From contig DJCV01000010.1 in the NCBI GenBank assembly GCA_002430735.1, forward strand, positions 7,705 through 71,704: a stretch of DNA of 64,000 nucleotides, written 5' to 3'. Every line of letters starts with the position of its first letter. The first letter of the stretch is position 1. Below are positions 48,621-57,993 of this stretch, in pieces. Origin of the DNA: Candidatus Woesebacteria bacterium UBA5941. Its GTDB lineage: Bacteria; Patescibacteriota; Microgenomatia; UBA8517. Position numbers and translations under genes: made by a program. Below the pieces are notes generated by a model, which made no database searches, had not been told where the DNA came from, and saw only the letters and a list, made by a program, of their open reading frames with translations.

Positions 48621-48732
48621 AGTCGACGTTTCATTGCTCATTTGCTTTGTCGGCTTGTTGCAGTCGCGGCGATTCTGCCGCATCCATCCTTAAGGGTGGT
48701 AGTCAAACTCCGTTTGATTGCCACCTTTTTTT
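48621..48732 (+). ncRNA. Candidate ~110-nt structured RNA of unknown family
   Basis: TATATT 48609-14; hairpins 48621-55 and 48666-81; strong terminator GGTGGTAGTCAAAC-TCC-GTTTGATTGCCACC-T7. Confidence 0.5.
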
Positions 48733-48780
48733 ATACGCATGAGTGTTTCACAAACGATCATTTCACGGTACAATACCACT

Positions 48781-49935
48781 ATGGAATCACTCGAACGAGG
48801 AATCACTACTATTCTCCCTACCAAAGAGGGCCTTCAATCACTCCTTAATTCTGATAAAACATTAAATATTTATTTGGGCATTGATCCAACTGCAACCCGT
48901 ATTCATCTAGGACACGCAGTGGCTCTGAGGAAACTCCAGTCATTTGTTGAAATGGGGCATAACGTCACATTTCTAATTGGAGATTTCACTGCGCTTATTG
49001 GAGACACCTCAGATAAAGACACAGAACGTCCAGTACTAACAAGTGAGGAGATTCAACAGAACTTCGCCACATATAAAGAACAAGCAAGTAAAATCATTGA
49101 TTTCACACAAGTCTCAGTTAAGTTTAATAGTGAATGGCTGAGCACATTACGTTTCAGCGAAATTGTAAAACTCTGTCAGCACTTCTCTGTTGGGGATTTT
49201 GTAGGACGTGAGCTTATCAAAAATCGATTACAGGAGGGCAAAAAAGTTGGACTGCACGAAACGCTATATCCTGTTATGCAAGGTTACGATAGTTACTATA
49301 TGGATACTGATGTACAAATCGGAGGGAGCGACCAAACCTTTAACATGCTAGCAGGCCGCACACTTCAAAAAGACTTGCGAAATAAAGAGACCTTTGTTGT
49401 TTGTGTTGAGTACCTCCTAGGAACAGATGGAAGAAAAATGAGCAAGTCATGGGGGAATGCCATTTGGCTGACAGACGAACCACATGATATGTATGGCAAA
49501 GTAATGTCCCTGAAAGACGAATTAATCGAAAGTTATTTAGTTCTTGCAACATCACTTCCTCTTGATGAGGTAAGGGCACTCGTAAAGCAGCTTGAAGAAG
49601 GAGCGAACCCAATGGATATTAAGAAAAAGCTCGCTTGGCAAATTGTAAAAGAATTGTATGATGAAACCGAAGCTTCAAAAGCTGAAATGCATTTCACACA
49701 AAGCTTTCAAGAATCCGCACCAGACTTTTCACAAGTGGTTGAAGTGGAAGAGGGTGCCACGCTATTGCAAGCTGTAAGTTCGCTTGTGGGAAGCAACTCA
49801 GAAGCAAAACGATTAATTGTAGCTAACGCAGTTGATGTGAATGGGGAAGTAGTAACTGATTCAAAAAGAGCCGTAATGAGGGATGATAAAATAAAAGTCG
49901 GAAAGCGCACTTTTGCTACTATCAAAATAAAATAA
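48781..49935 (+). CDS. tyrS: Tyrosyl-tRNA synthetase
   Basis: GIDPTA..IHLGH, YPVMQGYD, GGSDQ, KMSKS, C-terminal S4 domain; start set at ATG 48781 (6 nt after TACAAT). Confidence 0.97.
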   Translation: MESLERGITTILPTKEGLQSLLNSDKTLNIYLGIDPTATRIHLGHAVALRKLQSFVEMGHNVTFLIGDFTALIGDTSDKDTERPVLTSEEIQQNFATYKEQASKIIDFTQVSVKFNSEWLSTLRFSEIVKLCQHFSVGDFVGRELIKNRLQEGKKVGLHETLYPVMQGYDSYYMDTDVQIGGSDQTFNMLAGRTLQKDLRNKETFVVCVEYLLGTDGRKMSKSWGNAIWLTDEPHDMYGKVMSLKDELIESYLVLATSLPLDEVRALVKQLEEGANPMDIKKKLAWQIVKELYDETEASKAEMHFTQSFQESAPDFSQVVEVEEGATLLQAVSSLVGSNSEAKRLIVANAVDVNGEVVTDSKRAVMRDDKIKVGKRTFATIKIK

Positions 49936-49936
49936 C

Positions 49937-50053
49937 ATGGAAAACAAGCCTAAAAAACGCAAGAAGCTGTTTGTGAAGATTATCGTTATTGTTGCTGGAC
50001 TTTTGTTACTCCTCACCAGCTTCCTTCCATTCTTGCCATATATACTAAACTAA
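49937..50053 (+). CDS. 38-aa single-TM peptide (DUF4044-like)
   Basis: MENKPKKRKKLFVKIIVIVAGLLLLLTSFLPFLPYILN fills the tyrS-recG gap exactly. Confidence 0.65.
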   Translation: MENKPKKRKKLFVKIIVIVAGLLLLLTSFLPFLPYILN

Positions 50054-50060
50054 AGGTCTC

Positions 50061-52067
50061 ATGAAACTGACCGATTCGATCACGTCGCTGCCATTTGTTG
50101 GAGATGTGATGGAGCAAAAACTAAAAAAACTCGGAATTAAAACCGTATATGATTTGCTGCATCACATTCCTTCTCGCTACCAAGACTTCTCAAGAACCGT
50201 TCCCATTCCTGAACTAAAAATAGGGGATCAAGTGACAATAGAAGGACAAATTACTGCGATTAAAAACATTTACACAAAAGCAGGGAAGGTCATGCAAGAA
50301 GCAGAGCTCTCTGATGGAGAGCACACGATTACTGTTGTGTGGTTTCGACAGACCTATCTAGTTAAAAACCTTCCACCAGGAACAATGGTCGCATTAACAG
50401 GCAAAGTTGGCTTTTGGGGACGGAAAAAAGCTATTGTCTCACCTAATTATGAAAAAATTGTTGAACTGCAAGACCGATTACATTCAGGAAGGCTTCTCCC
50501 GATATATCCAGAAACTGCCGGCGTCACCTCTAAATGGATTCGAAGGCTCTTAAGTGAAGCGTTTAAAGAAAGCCAAATTGAAGATTTTTTTGAAGAATCA
50601 TTTTTGAATCAATATCAATTGCTTTCTCTGCAAACAAGCCTTCAGAAAATTCACAATCCAGAAGTACTTACTGATACTGAAGTTGGGCGAGTACGCCTCG
50701 CATTTAATGAACTAATTGCACTTGAATTATCCCAAATTGAAAGAAGACGCGAGTGGCTTTCAAAAAATGTAGCACTAAACCTTTCAGTTCCACCAAACAG
50801 CGTTTTAGAGTTTTTAGAAAAGCTTCCGTTTACGCCCACTAAGTCTCAATTGAGATCCATGAGTGAAATCGCAGAAGAACTTGGACAAACGGTGCCAATG
50901 AATAGACTCCTTGAAGGGGATGTGGGTTCAGGGAAAACACTTGTTGCTGCATTTGGCGCATTCATAACAGGAAAAAATAATGCATCTAGTCTTATCATGG
51001 CACCAACACAAATCCTCGCGCAACAGCACCACAAAACACTTTCAATGTTACTTAATCCTCATGGGATCGACGTTGTTCCAGTGACGAGCAAAGAAAAGAT
51101 AAAACTCCTTGATAAACCAGCGGTCTATGTTGGTACCCAGGCGCTCCTTTTTAAATATATTTCTTCTCAAACAGGGTTTGTTGTTATTGACGAACAACAC
51201 CGCTTCGGGGTGGGCCAACGAGCACATTTATCAACACAATCAGACACAGTTCCTCATGTACTGACAATGACAGCCACCCCAATTCCACGAACAATTGCAT
51301 TAACACTCTATGGAGATTTGAACCTTTCAACTCTTGATGAAATGCCTTCTGGAAGAAAGCGGATAAAAACGTGGGTCATTCCACCCAAGAAACGCGATGA
51401 TGCATACAATTGGATAGAAAAAGAGATCACTGAAAATGAAGCGCAGGTGTTCGTGGTCTGCCCGTTAATTGACGAAAGTGAACATGAAAAAATGAAAGAG
51501 GTGAAAGCGGCAACGGTTGAGTATAAACGCCTAAAGAAATTATTTCCGAAACGGAAAATTGCGCTATTACATGGAAAAATGAAAGCAAAAGAAAAAGATA
51601 CACTTTTAACCGATTTTAGGGAGAAAAAATACGATATTTTAGTCACAACACCGGTTGTTGAAGTTGGTATTGATATTCCAAATGCAACGATTATGGTCAT
51701 TGAAGCTGCAGATCGATTTGGACTCGCAGCACTTCATCAGCTGCGCGGACGTGTCGGACGAGGAGAGAAGCAGTCATACTGCTTATTAATGACTGAAAAC
51801 CAGTCAGAAGCAGTGAGAACTCGCTTAACTGCTATGAGCAAAACGCTTTCGGGAAGGGAACTCGCTGAGCTAGATTTGTCTCTCCGAGGTCCCGGAGAAA
51901 TTTTTGGAACAAAGCAATCTGGACTTCCTGAACTACGGATCGCACGATGGACAGACATTGACCTTATTAAGAAAACCAAAGCAATTGCAAATGAAATCAC
52001 TAAGGATCAGAAAAGGTACCAAACCCTCTTTGAATACTTACAAATGCTCCAAACGGCTCCAAATTGA
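50061..52067 (+). CDS. recG: ATP-dependent DNA helicase RecG
   Basis: RLLEGDVGSGKT, DEQHRFG, MTATPIPRT, HQLRGRVGR, RGPGE.FG.KQSG. Confidence 0.98.
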   Translation: MKLTDSITSLPFVGDVMEQKLKKLGIKTVYDLLHHIPSRYQDFSRTVPIPELKIGDQVTIEGQITAIKNIYTKAGKVMQEAELSDGEHTITVVWFRQTYLVKNLPPGTMVALTGKVGFWGRKKAIVSPNYEKIVELQDRLHSGRLLPIYPETAGVTSKWIRRLLSEAFKESQIEDFFEESFLNQYQLLSLQTSLQKIHNPEVLTDTEVGRVRLAFNELIALELSQIERRREWLSKNVALNLSVPPNSVLEFLEKLPFTPTKSQLRSMSEIAEELGQTVPMNRLLEGDVGSGKTLVAAFGAFITGKNNASSLIMAPTQILAQQHHKTLSMLLNPHGIDVVPVTSKEKIKLLDKPAVYVGTQALLFKYISSQTGFVVIDEQHRFGVGQRAHLSTQSDTVPHVLTMTATPIPRTIALTLYGDLNLSTLDEMPSGRKRIKTWVIPPKKRDDAYNWIEKEITENEAQVFVVCPLIDESEHEKMKEVKAATVEYKRLKKLFPKRKIALLHGKMKAKEKDTLLTDFREKKYDILVTTPVVEVGIDIPNATIMVIEAADRFGLAALHQLRGRVGRGEKQSYCLLMTENQSEAVRTRLTAMSKTLSGRELAELDLSLRGPGEIFGTKQSGLPELRIARWTDIDLIKKTKAIANEITKDQKRYQTLFEYLQMLQTAPN

Positions 52068-52131
52068 GAAAAGCGGAGTAAACGATTATAATCGCGTATC
52101 GATTGAGTATTCATTGAAAGGAAGGTTTGTT

Positions 52132-52539
52132 TTGACTACCCGTGCAATTGAGTACGATACATTTCTATTAGAAACCAAACCAAGTGGAAGTCCAGGCTCA
52201 GGTGTAGCGTATCTTACGAGATACATCGAAGCCATTCAAAGTCTGTACAACACATTTAATGACTTTGTGCTTTTTTATAATGGGGAGAAACAAGGCGTGC
52301 ACCAGTTCACAATTCTCATCCCACAAAAGCACTGGCGATGGTATGAACAACTACTGAAGAACCTCGGGAATGCCATTCCTTATACATTTAATTGTAGCCC
52401 GATGGATGGCAAAGCATTGGCGTTCATACGCCGCATTGAAACTGGGGCCAATGCAATCACCGTGCGAACGTCGGAATACGACAGTCGTGAAATCATCCTT
52501 GCCATGATTCGAGCTTGCTCTGAAACATTTCCAGAGTAA
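52132..52539 (+). CDS. Orphan protein, 135 aa (SD-led unit)
   Basis: TTGAGA-17nt-TATAAT (52064-92), GAAAGGAAGG, TTG 52132. Confidence 0.68.
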   Translation: MTTRAIEYDTFLLETKPSGSPGSGVAYLTRYIEAIQSLYNTFNDFVLFYNGEKQGVHQFTILIPQKHWRWYEQLLKNLGNAIPYTFNCSPMDGKALAFIRRIETGANAITVRTSEYDSREIILAMIRACSETFPE

Positions 52540-52551
52540 AAATTGTGTTCT

Positions 52552-52586
52552 AAGCTCCCCGGACCAAGCTGGGGAGTTTATTTTTT
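52552..52586 (+). terminator. Intrinsic terminator
   Basis: AAGCTCCCCGG-6nt-CTGGGGAGTTT-ATTTTTT. Confidence 0.8.
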
Positions 52587-52614
52587 GTTCAAATTCTTAT
52601 ATAATCACTCTTGT

Positions 52615-52770
52615 ATGGCACCGACACCAAAGAAAAAGCATAGTCATTCAAGAAGTAGACAAAGAAGAGGAAAGCTCAAGCTTGATCTTCCAACGCTTAC
52701 AACTTGTAAAAACTGTGGTAAAAAGAAGTTTCCACACAAGGCATGTCCTCATTGTGGGAGCAAAAACTAA
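52615..52770 (+). CDS. rpmF: 50S ribosomal protein L32 (Zn-ribbon form)
   Basis: [12 protein letters not shown]...RR, CKNCG...PH.AC.HCG. Confidence 0.95.
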   Translation: MAPTPKKKHSHSRSRQRRGKLKLDLPTLTTCKNCGKKKFPHKACPHCGSKN

Positions 52771-52781
52771 ACGCGCTTCCT

Positions 52782-53150
52782 ATGAAATCTGCGAGAGATC
52801 CCCGTCATATTCGACGCCAGAGAGTTATTCAAGATCTTTTTGCTAATACGTTTCTCACTCAAGAGAACCAAGAACAAATCTCAAAAGACGTCATTGAATT
52901 GTTTCCAACGCTCGATGCACGGATAACAAAAAGCGCACCACAATGGCCAATCGATAAGATTAATCGCATTGACTTAGCTATCTTACGATTTGCAACGTAC
53001 GAAATAACCAAAAGTGATGCGCCATCAAAAGTTATTATTGATGAAGCAATAGAGCTTGCCAAAGAATTTGGTGGAGATAGCTCACCTTCCTTTGTAAACG
53101 GTGTGTTAGGTCACATCGTAAAGGAATACGAAGCAGAAAAAGCAGCATGA
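52782..53150 (+). CDS. nusB: Transcription antitermination factor NusB
   Basis: [28 protein letters not shown]. Confidence 0.95.
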   Translation: MKSARDPRHIRRQRVIQDLFANTFLTQENQEQISKDVIELFPTLDARITKSAPQWPIDKINRIDLAILRFATYEITKSDAPSKVIIDEAIELAKEFGGDSSPSFVNGVLGHIVKEYEAEKAA

Positions 53151-53824
53151 ACCCAATTAATACCTTAAAAACCACTTTTAAGAATACTGACCTTTTTGAA
53201 CAAGCATTAACGCACCGTTCATGGGTCAATGAAAACCCTAATGTTAGAGGGACAAATGAGCGTCTTGAATTTTTAGGTGACGCAATTCTTGAATATGTGG
53301 TCAGTAGCTTCATTTATCTGAAATTCCCTGATCAAGAAGAAGGGTTTTTAACTGCACTTCGCGCAAACATAGTTAACACCAAAAGTCTTGCACATTTAGC
53401 TGAAAAATTAGAGTTGGGTTCATTTTTATTCCTTTCGAAAGGTGAAGAGCAAGGTGGCGGGCGAACAAATCAGTCACTGCTTGCAGATACCGTTGAAGCA
53501 ATTATTGGAGCTTTGTATCTGGATCAAGGGCTCGATGCAGCAAAAACCTTCATTTCAGACCACTTGTTAAACGATATGAGTGAGGTATTGGATAAACCGT
53601 TAAAGGATCCGAAAAGCAGACTACAAGAGCTTGTGCAGTCAAAAGGCATGCCCGCTCCTCGATATAAGATTGTAAAAGAAGAAGGACCAGATCATTCAAA
53701 AGAATTTATAATTGAGGTCATTGTGGGTGAAAAATCAGCTGGAACAGGCTCAGGAAGGAGCAAAAGTAGCGCAGAACAGGACGCTGCAGAGCATGCACTT
53801 GAGAGTTTGACCGATCTAGGCTAA
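53147..53824 (+). CDS. rnc: Ribonuclease III
   Basis: [25 protein letters not shown], ds[11 protein letters not shown]. Confidence 0.98.
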   Translation: MNPINTLKTTFKNTDLFEQALTHRSWVNENPNVRGTNERLEFLGDAILEYVVSSFIYLKFPDQEEGFLTALRANIVNTKSLAHLAEKLELGSFLFLSKGEEQGGGRTNQSLLADTVEAIIGALYLDQGLDAAKTFISDHLLNDMSEVLDKPLKDPKSRLQELVQSKGMPAPRYKIVKEEGPDHSKEFIIEVIVGEKSAGTGSGRSKSSAEQDAAEHALESLTDLG

Positions 53825-53835
53825 AATACACTACT

Positions 53836-54054
53836 ATGGTAACTATCAGACTCAAAAAACTAGGGAAGCGAAATGCCCCATTTTATCGAATTGTCGCTAC
53901 AGACAAAGCTCGAAAGAATGCAGGGCAAGAATTAGCTATTCTTGGATATTGGCATCCAGATACGAATGAAACCAAAATTGACAAAAAGGCAATTGACCAG
54001 TGGGTACAAAAAGGTGCTCAAGTTTCAAGTGCAGTAAATAAGCTCATCGCATGA
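53836..54054 (+). CDS. rpsP: 30S ribosomal protein S16
   Basis: MV.IRL...G....PFYRIV, LG...P, W...GAQ.S..V. Confidence 0.96.
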   Translation: MVTIRLKKLGKRNAPFYRIVATDKARKNAGQELAILGYWHPDTNETKIDKKAIDQWVQKGAQVSSAVNKLIA

Positions 54055-54278
54055 AAGAACTTCTCACATTCCTCATTATTGAAATAACCGGTATTAAAGA
54101 TATTGAAGTATTGGAAGAACGAATTGAAAATAAAGTTAATTTAATAGTCAAAGCTCCTCAAGAAGCTGTTGGACTCATTATTGGGAAAGAAGGTAAAACA
54201 ATTAAAAATATTCGAAAGATTTTAGCCATTCGTGCAACACAAGAGGATACCGTTGTAAGCGTAAACGTCAATCCGTAA
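54051..54278 (+). CDS. khpA: KH-domain RNA-binding protein KhpA
   Basis: G.IIGKEGKTI..IR; follows rpsP. Confidence 0.9.
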   Translation: MKELLTFLIIEITGIKDIEVLEERIENKVNLIVKAPQEAVGLIIGKEGKTIKNIRKILAIRATQEDTVVSVNVNP

Positions 54279-54313
54279 CTCTTCTTTTCGTACTTCTTTA
54301 ATTAAAAAGCTTC

Positions 54314-55003
54314 TTATTCTACCGGTGCAAAAGGTTCTGGATTAACCGTTATTGGGAGATCATTTTGACCTTGTGGCAGAGAAAATACTGGAGACTTATA
54401 AATCTCTAAACTTTGTAGTAACTGGCGCTCTTCTTGTGACAATTCTTGCAATGGCTCAGTGAGGGCTGGCAGTTGTGTCGGCAATGGTGACCAAAATGAC
54501 CGAAGACTTAATTGCGCGATCGTTGTCAGGGAACTTTGCGACATGTTTATTGTTTCAATGGCAATATAGGGAGATACACCGGTCAAGGTTTCAAGGAACT
54601 TCAATATGGATGCACTTTCACCTTCAGCCACCATTCCCACCTGCAATGAGCCAAGATCCGGATTTGTAGGATCGGTAAAAACACCGCTGCTGTAATTTCT
54701 AAGCGTTACATTGTTTTCGCTTGCAGCCGATCTCACCTGAGAACTGACTATTAAGGAGGAATTTTGAGTCGGTAAGACTTCGGTAACTTTATTTGATTGA
54801 GCTAACACTTCCGGCTCAAGTGCAGACAACGCATTCTTTCGATTCCGCAAGATGGTGACTTTTTCTGTTAATGCAGCTTCTTCAGCGGTTAGCGTGGTCA
54901 CTCTGCCGAGAAAGTATTGAGCTTCAAATAAAATACCACCGATTAAGCCCACAAAAATGAGCCCATACCAGATGATTGATTTGTATTTTGTAAATGAGTT
55001 CAT
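54314..55003 (-). CDS. PilO-like type IV pilus assembly protein
   Basis: TM + coiled coil + LP..ferredoxin-like domain, NPEPF end; synteny after pilM/N. Confidence 0.7.
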   Translation of the reverse strand: MNSFTKYKSIIWYGLIFVGLIGGILFEAQYFLGRVTTLTAEEAALTEKVTILRNRKNALSALEPEVLAQSNKVTEVLPTQNSSLIVSSQVRSAASENNVTLRNYSSGVFTDPTNPDLGSLQVGMVAEGESASILKFLETLTGVSPYIAIETINMSQSSLTTIAQLSLRSFWSPLPTQLPALTEPLQELSQEERQLLQSLEIYKSPVFSLPQGQNDLPITVNPEPFAPVE

Positions 55004-55521
55004 TGTATAAAGAAATTAACTTGATACCCTGCAGTTGGATTAAAGCCGATTGTATCGATTGACGATTTGGAAAGAGGACTTGATTTCACCGCGTCGAACA
55101 TCTCACGAAGGGCAGTCGAATCTTTGGCAACTAATGACAATGTTGAGGTCCCATCAAGAACATCCAGTTGCTTTAAAGTGATCGTCGTTGGAAATGCGTC
55201 AATTAATAACTTCTCCTCGAGAAAAATTGCGTTTGATCTAAACTTTTCATTAATCACTTTAATCTTTTGTAGGCGATCGCGAAGGAGTACTAATGTTTGC
55301 TCTGTTGATTCTTGAGCAAGAACTTGAGTTCTCAACGTCTCTTGCTCATTTTTAAGGGCAGCAATTTGATTGTTTTTAACAAGAATGAGCGCAGTGCCTC
55401 CAATTGCAATCGCAAGGCAGAGTGCACCAAAACACGCAGCAAGAACTTTTAACTTTCCGCTAATCTTGCGAACTTGTTTATTTTGGATCTGCTCTGTCGG
55501 CAGGAAATTTACGGCAGACAT
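55000..55521 (-). CDS. PilN-like type IV pilus assembly protein
   Basis: N-terminal VNFLP PilM-binding motif, TM, coiled coil. Confidence 0.8.
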   Translation of the reverse strand: MSAVNFLPTEQIQNKQVRKISGKLKVLAACFGALCLAIAIGGTALILVKNNQIAALKNEQETLRTQVLAQESTEQTLVLLRDRLQKIKVINEKFRSNAIFLEEKLLIDAFPTTITLKQLDVLDGTSTLSLVAKDSTALREMFDAVKSSPLSKSSIDTIGFNPTAGYQVNFFIQ

Positions 55522-55527
55522 ATGTGA

Positions 55528-56550
55528 TTAATCTTCTCTTAATGCAAGCCCTACAGAAACTGCATAAATAGGAGCAAAGTTTGCAAGACTTTTTGCAGAA
55601 TCTGGATCAATTGCGATATCAGGCCGTGTAAAAGGATTCCCTACTTGTACTTCCATATTTAAAAGACGAGTCAGTTCTGCAGCCATTCCCGGGAGACCTG
55701 CGCTTCCTCCTGAAAGAATGATTGATCGCGGCGGTTCATTACGCGTTTCTAGTTGAAAATAACTCATGGTCTTTTTCAATTCATCTGAAATAACTGATAA
55801 CACCGGTTTCAATGCACGACCAACTTTCCCTTCAAGTTGCCCCTCCGTTAGACCATACGTCGCCTTATATTCTTCTGCCTGTATCGGCGTGACACCAAGA
55901 CCCATGCTCACTGCACGAGAAAACGCCTCACCAGCAGTTGGAATAGAGCGGGATAAAAAGAGTTGACTATTTTTAATAATGCCAACATTGGTAGAGCGTG
56001 CTCCAAAGTCAGCAAGCATTGTTGTTTTGTCGGGTGCCCCCCATGTTCGGGAAAGCGCTAACAGTTCTGTTTCAATGGCGATAACTTCAAGTCCGGCAGC
56101 TGACGCAACATTTACATACTTATCAATTAGCAATCGAGGAACAGCAATTACTTGGACAAGCACCTGTGGAGGATTTCCGGTTTCCTGTCGCTCTAAGATT
56201 TGATGCCGAACTACTGCATCTCTAACGGGGATTGGAATGTATTCTTCAGCTTCCCATTTAACAGCTGATTCAATTTCTTCATTGGTAAGCAGTGGAAATT
56301 TGACCGTACGAGTAAATGCCAATGATTCAGGGATTGAAAGCACCACTCGTCGAGAGGTAATACGTGCATCAGCAAACAGTTTCTTCAACGTAGAAGCAAA
56401 TTGAGCAATTTCTTTTTCTTCACCTAATTTATCAACCTGTACACCTTGAAAACTCACTGCTCCCGCGGCCTTTAAAGAAAAGCCTTGCCCAACTTTGGCC
56501 AACTCAACGACCTTGATTGTTTTTGAACCGATGTCTAATCCTACGCTCAT
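55528..56550 (-). CDS. pilM: Type IV pilus assembly protein PilM
   Basis: VGLDIG...IKVVEL, WEAEEYIP, LSGGSA.LPG, AVSVGLALR. Confidence 0.95.
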   Translation of the reverse strand: MSVGLDIGSKTIKVVELAKVGQGFSLKAAGAVSFQGVQVDKLGEEKEIAQFASTLKKLFADARITSRRVVLSIPESLAFTRTVKFPLLTNEEIESAVKWEAEEYIPIPVRDAVVRHQILERQETGNPPQVLVQVIAVPRLLIDKYVNVASAAGLEVIAIETELLALSRTWGAPDKTTMLADFGARSTNVGIIKNSQLFLSRSIPTAGEAFSRAVSMGLGVTPIQAEEYKATYGLTEGQLEGKVGRALKPVLSVISDELKKTMSYFQLETRNEPPRSIILSGGSAGLPGMAAELTRLLNMEVQVGNPFTRPDIAIDPDSAKSLANFAPIYAVSVGLALRED

Positions 56551-57461
56551 TTGACTACTCCTGGTGGTGAAAATATTGCTGCTTGAAACATAGTTGGTAC
56601 TTCAGGATACAGAGAATACACTTGCACTTTTCGCGTTGCATCACCGGATGTTCCAGTTGAATCAATTCGTCGTCCCTGTATTGGTAAATCAGTGGGAAGA
56701 TTCGTCGCTCCAAAGACAGTTGGTGCTCCGTTATAGAGTACCATACCTGTTATCGCCCTTAAACGCCTGCCGTTCACGATTGCGTTTGGAATACCTAATG
56801 CAGCAAAGCTTACCGAAACTCGATTTGCGAGTCGAGTTCCGCTTATCGTACAAGCACCGTTTGACGGATTTGTCGTAATACCATTTGTTTGGAATTTATT
56901 GGTATTTCCTCGGGAACTTGAAGGGTCATAAGCACCATAGGCAAACTTCAGTGCATTCCCTGCAGTAGGATCCTCATACATGACAGACACAACTAATGCT
57001 GGTTGAGCGGGAACACTTGCATCAACTTTACCCCAACAAAGGTCGATTGAAGTAGCGGTATAGCACGTTACGCCAGTGCAGGTTAGGTCACCATTATTAT
57101 CATGACCTGCAAGCCATATAGTGGCAGTGTCTCCCGACGCAAGTTCAGAGGGGTATAAATACGCGCGAGGATTCTCCGGGAATGCATTAGAAATTGTCTG
57201 GTACGTGGTTTGTGGATTTCCAACCTCAACCGGCGCAGGCGTATTCGTTGATGTTGGCCCGTTAATAATGATGGGGGTTTTTAAGATCTCTTCAACGCCA
57301 GCTTCTGCCGCAGAAAATGCACGAAGAGACTCTTCATCCTTAGTGGTATTTGAAACGTCACCTACTGATCGAGAAACGAGTGAGAGCGCAATCGTAAGTA
57401 CTACCCCAACAGATAAGAGTACTAGTAAAAGTGCTTGTCCACTCTGTGATTTCTCATGCAT
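56547..57461 (-). CDS. PilX-like minor pilin
   Basis: SG/QALLLVL, AFSAAEAGVE; start ATG 57461 (6 nt after TACACT). Confidence 0.82.
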   Translation of the reverse strand: MHEKSQSGQALLLVLLSVGVVLTIALSLVSRSVGDVSNTTKDEESLRAFSAAEAGVEEILKTPIIINGPTSTNTPAPVEVGNPQTTYQTISNAFPENPRAYLYPSELASGDTATIWLAGHDNNGDLTCTGVTCYTATSIDLCWGKVDASVPAQPALVVSVMYEDPTAGNALKFAYGAYDPSSSRGNTNKFQTNGITTNPSNGACTISGTRLANRVSVSFAALGIPNAIVNGRRLRAITGMVLYNGAPTVFGATNLPTDLPIQGRRIDSTGTSGDATRKVQVYSLYPEVPTMFQAAIFSPPGVVK

Positions 57462-57492
57462 ACAATCAGTGTAGAAGGGTGAAGGAAACGAG

Positions 57493-57993
57493 TCAATATA
57501 CGCGCAGAAGGATGCGTCTTGTGATGCTTGCAAAACTACCTTCGCTGCCAGGTGCATTCGCAGCTACACCGGCAAAGGTATAGTCAATTGCAGGTGGGGT
57601 AACTGATGAAGTTGTCGTGCATCTAAAAAAGCAGGTGGAAAGCGCCACATCATCACTGGTTATTCTCACATTCGCAGAACCTGAGGCGACATACATATTA
57701 CTTCCACCAAGACATGAGAAACTTCCTGTTCTGCCGTCTTGGTCGATATACGTGAGTGCAGTTATATTGGTTCCGTTACAAGTGCTTGTAATTGATTTCG
57801 CATTTCTCACATGACGCTCAATAACAGATGCCGCGAAATCTAGATTATCTCTGACTTTCCCTGATGCGTCTGCCTTGCGGGTTCCTTGAAAGGAACGAAG
57901 CGTACTTTGCGTCACAAGCAATGCCAATGTGGTAAACATGACAATAACAACTAATATTTCAATTAAACTGAACCCTTTTTGTAATTGTTTCAT
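57493..57993 (-). CDS. PilW-like minor pilin
   Basis: KG/FSLIEILV prepilin motif. Confidence 0.85.
   Translation of the reverse strand: MKQLQKGFSLIEILVVIVMFTTLALLVTQSTLRSFQGTRKADASGKVRDNLDFAASVIERHVRNAKSITSTCNGTNITALTYIDQDGRTGSFSCLGGSNMYVASGSANVRITSDDVALSTCFFRCTTTSSVTPPAIDYTFAGVAANAPGSEGSFASITRRILLRVY

Noticed and set aside
48692-48705. Canonical T-box for tyrS
   Set aside because: The bulge reads UGGUAGU rather than UGGNACC, it forms the 5' arm of the terminator, and I found no Tyr specifier stem; kept only as an unknown RNA.
51904-52131. 211-aa ORF overlapping recG
   Set aside because: Promoter and SD point to TTG 52132; the upstream part is a shadow frame of recG.
4253-52586. Orphan units as integron cassettes, IS elements or prophage remnants
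   Set aside because: No integrase, transposase or phage hallmark gene, no recurring attC-like GTTRRRY structure, and the terminal hairpins share no sequence.
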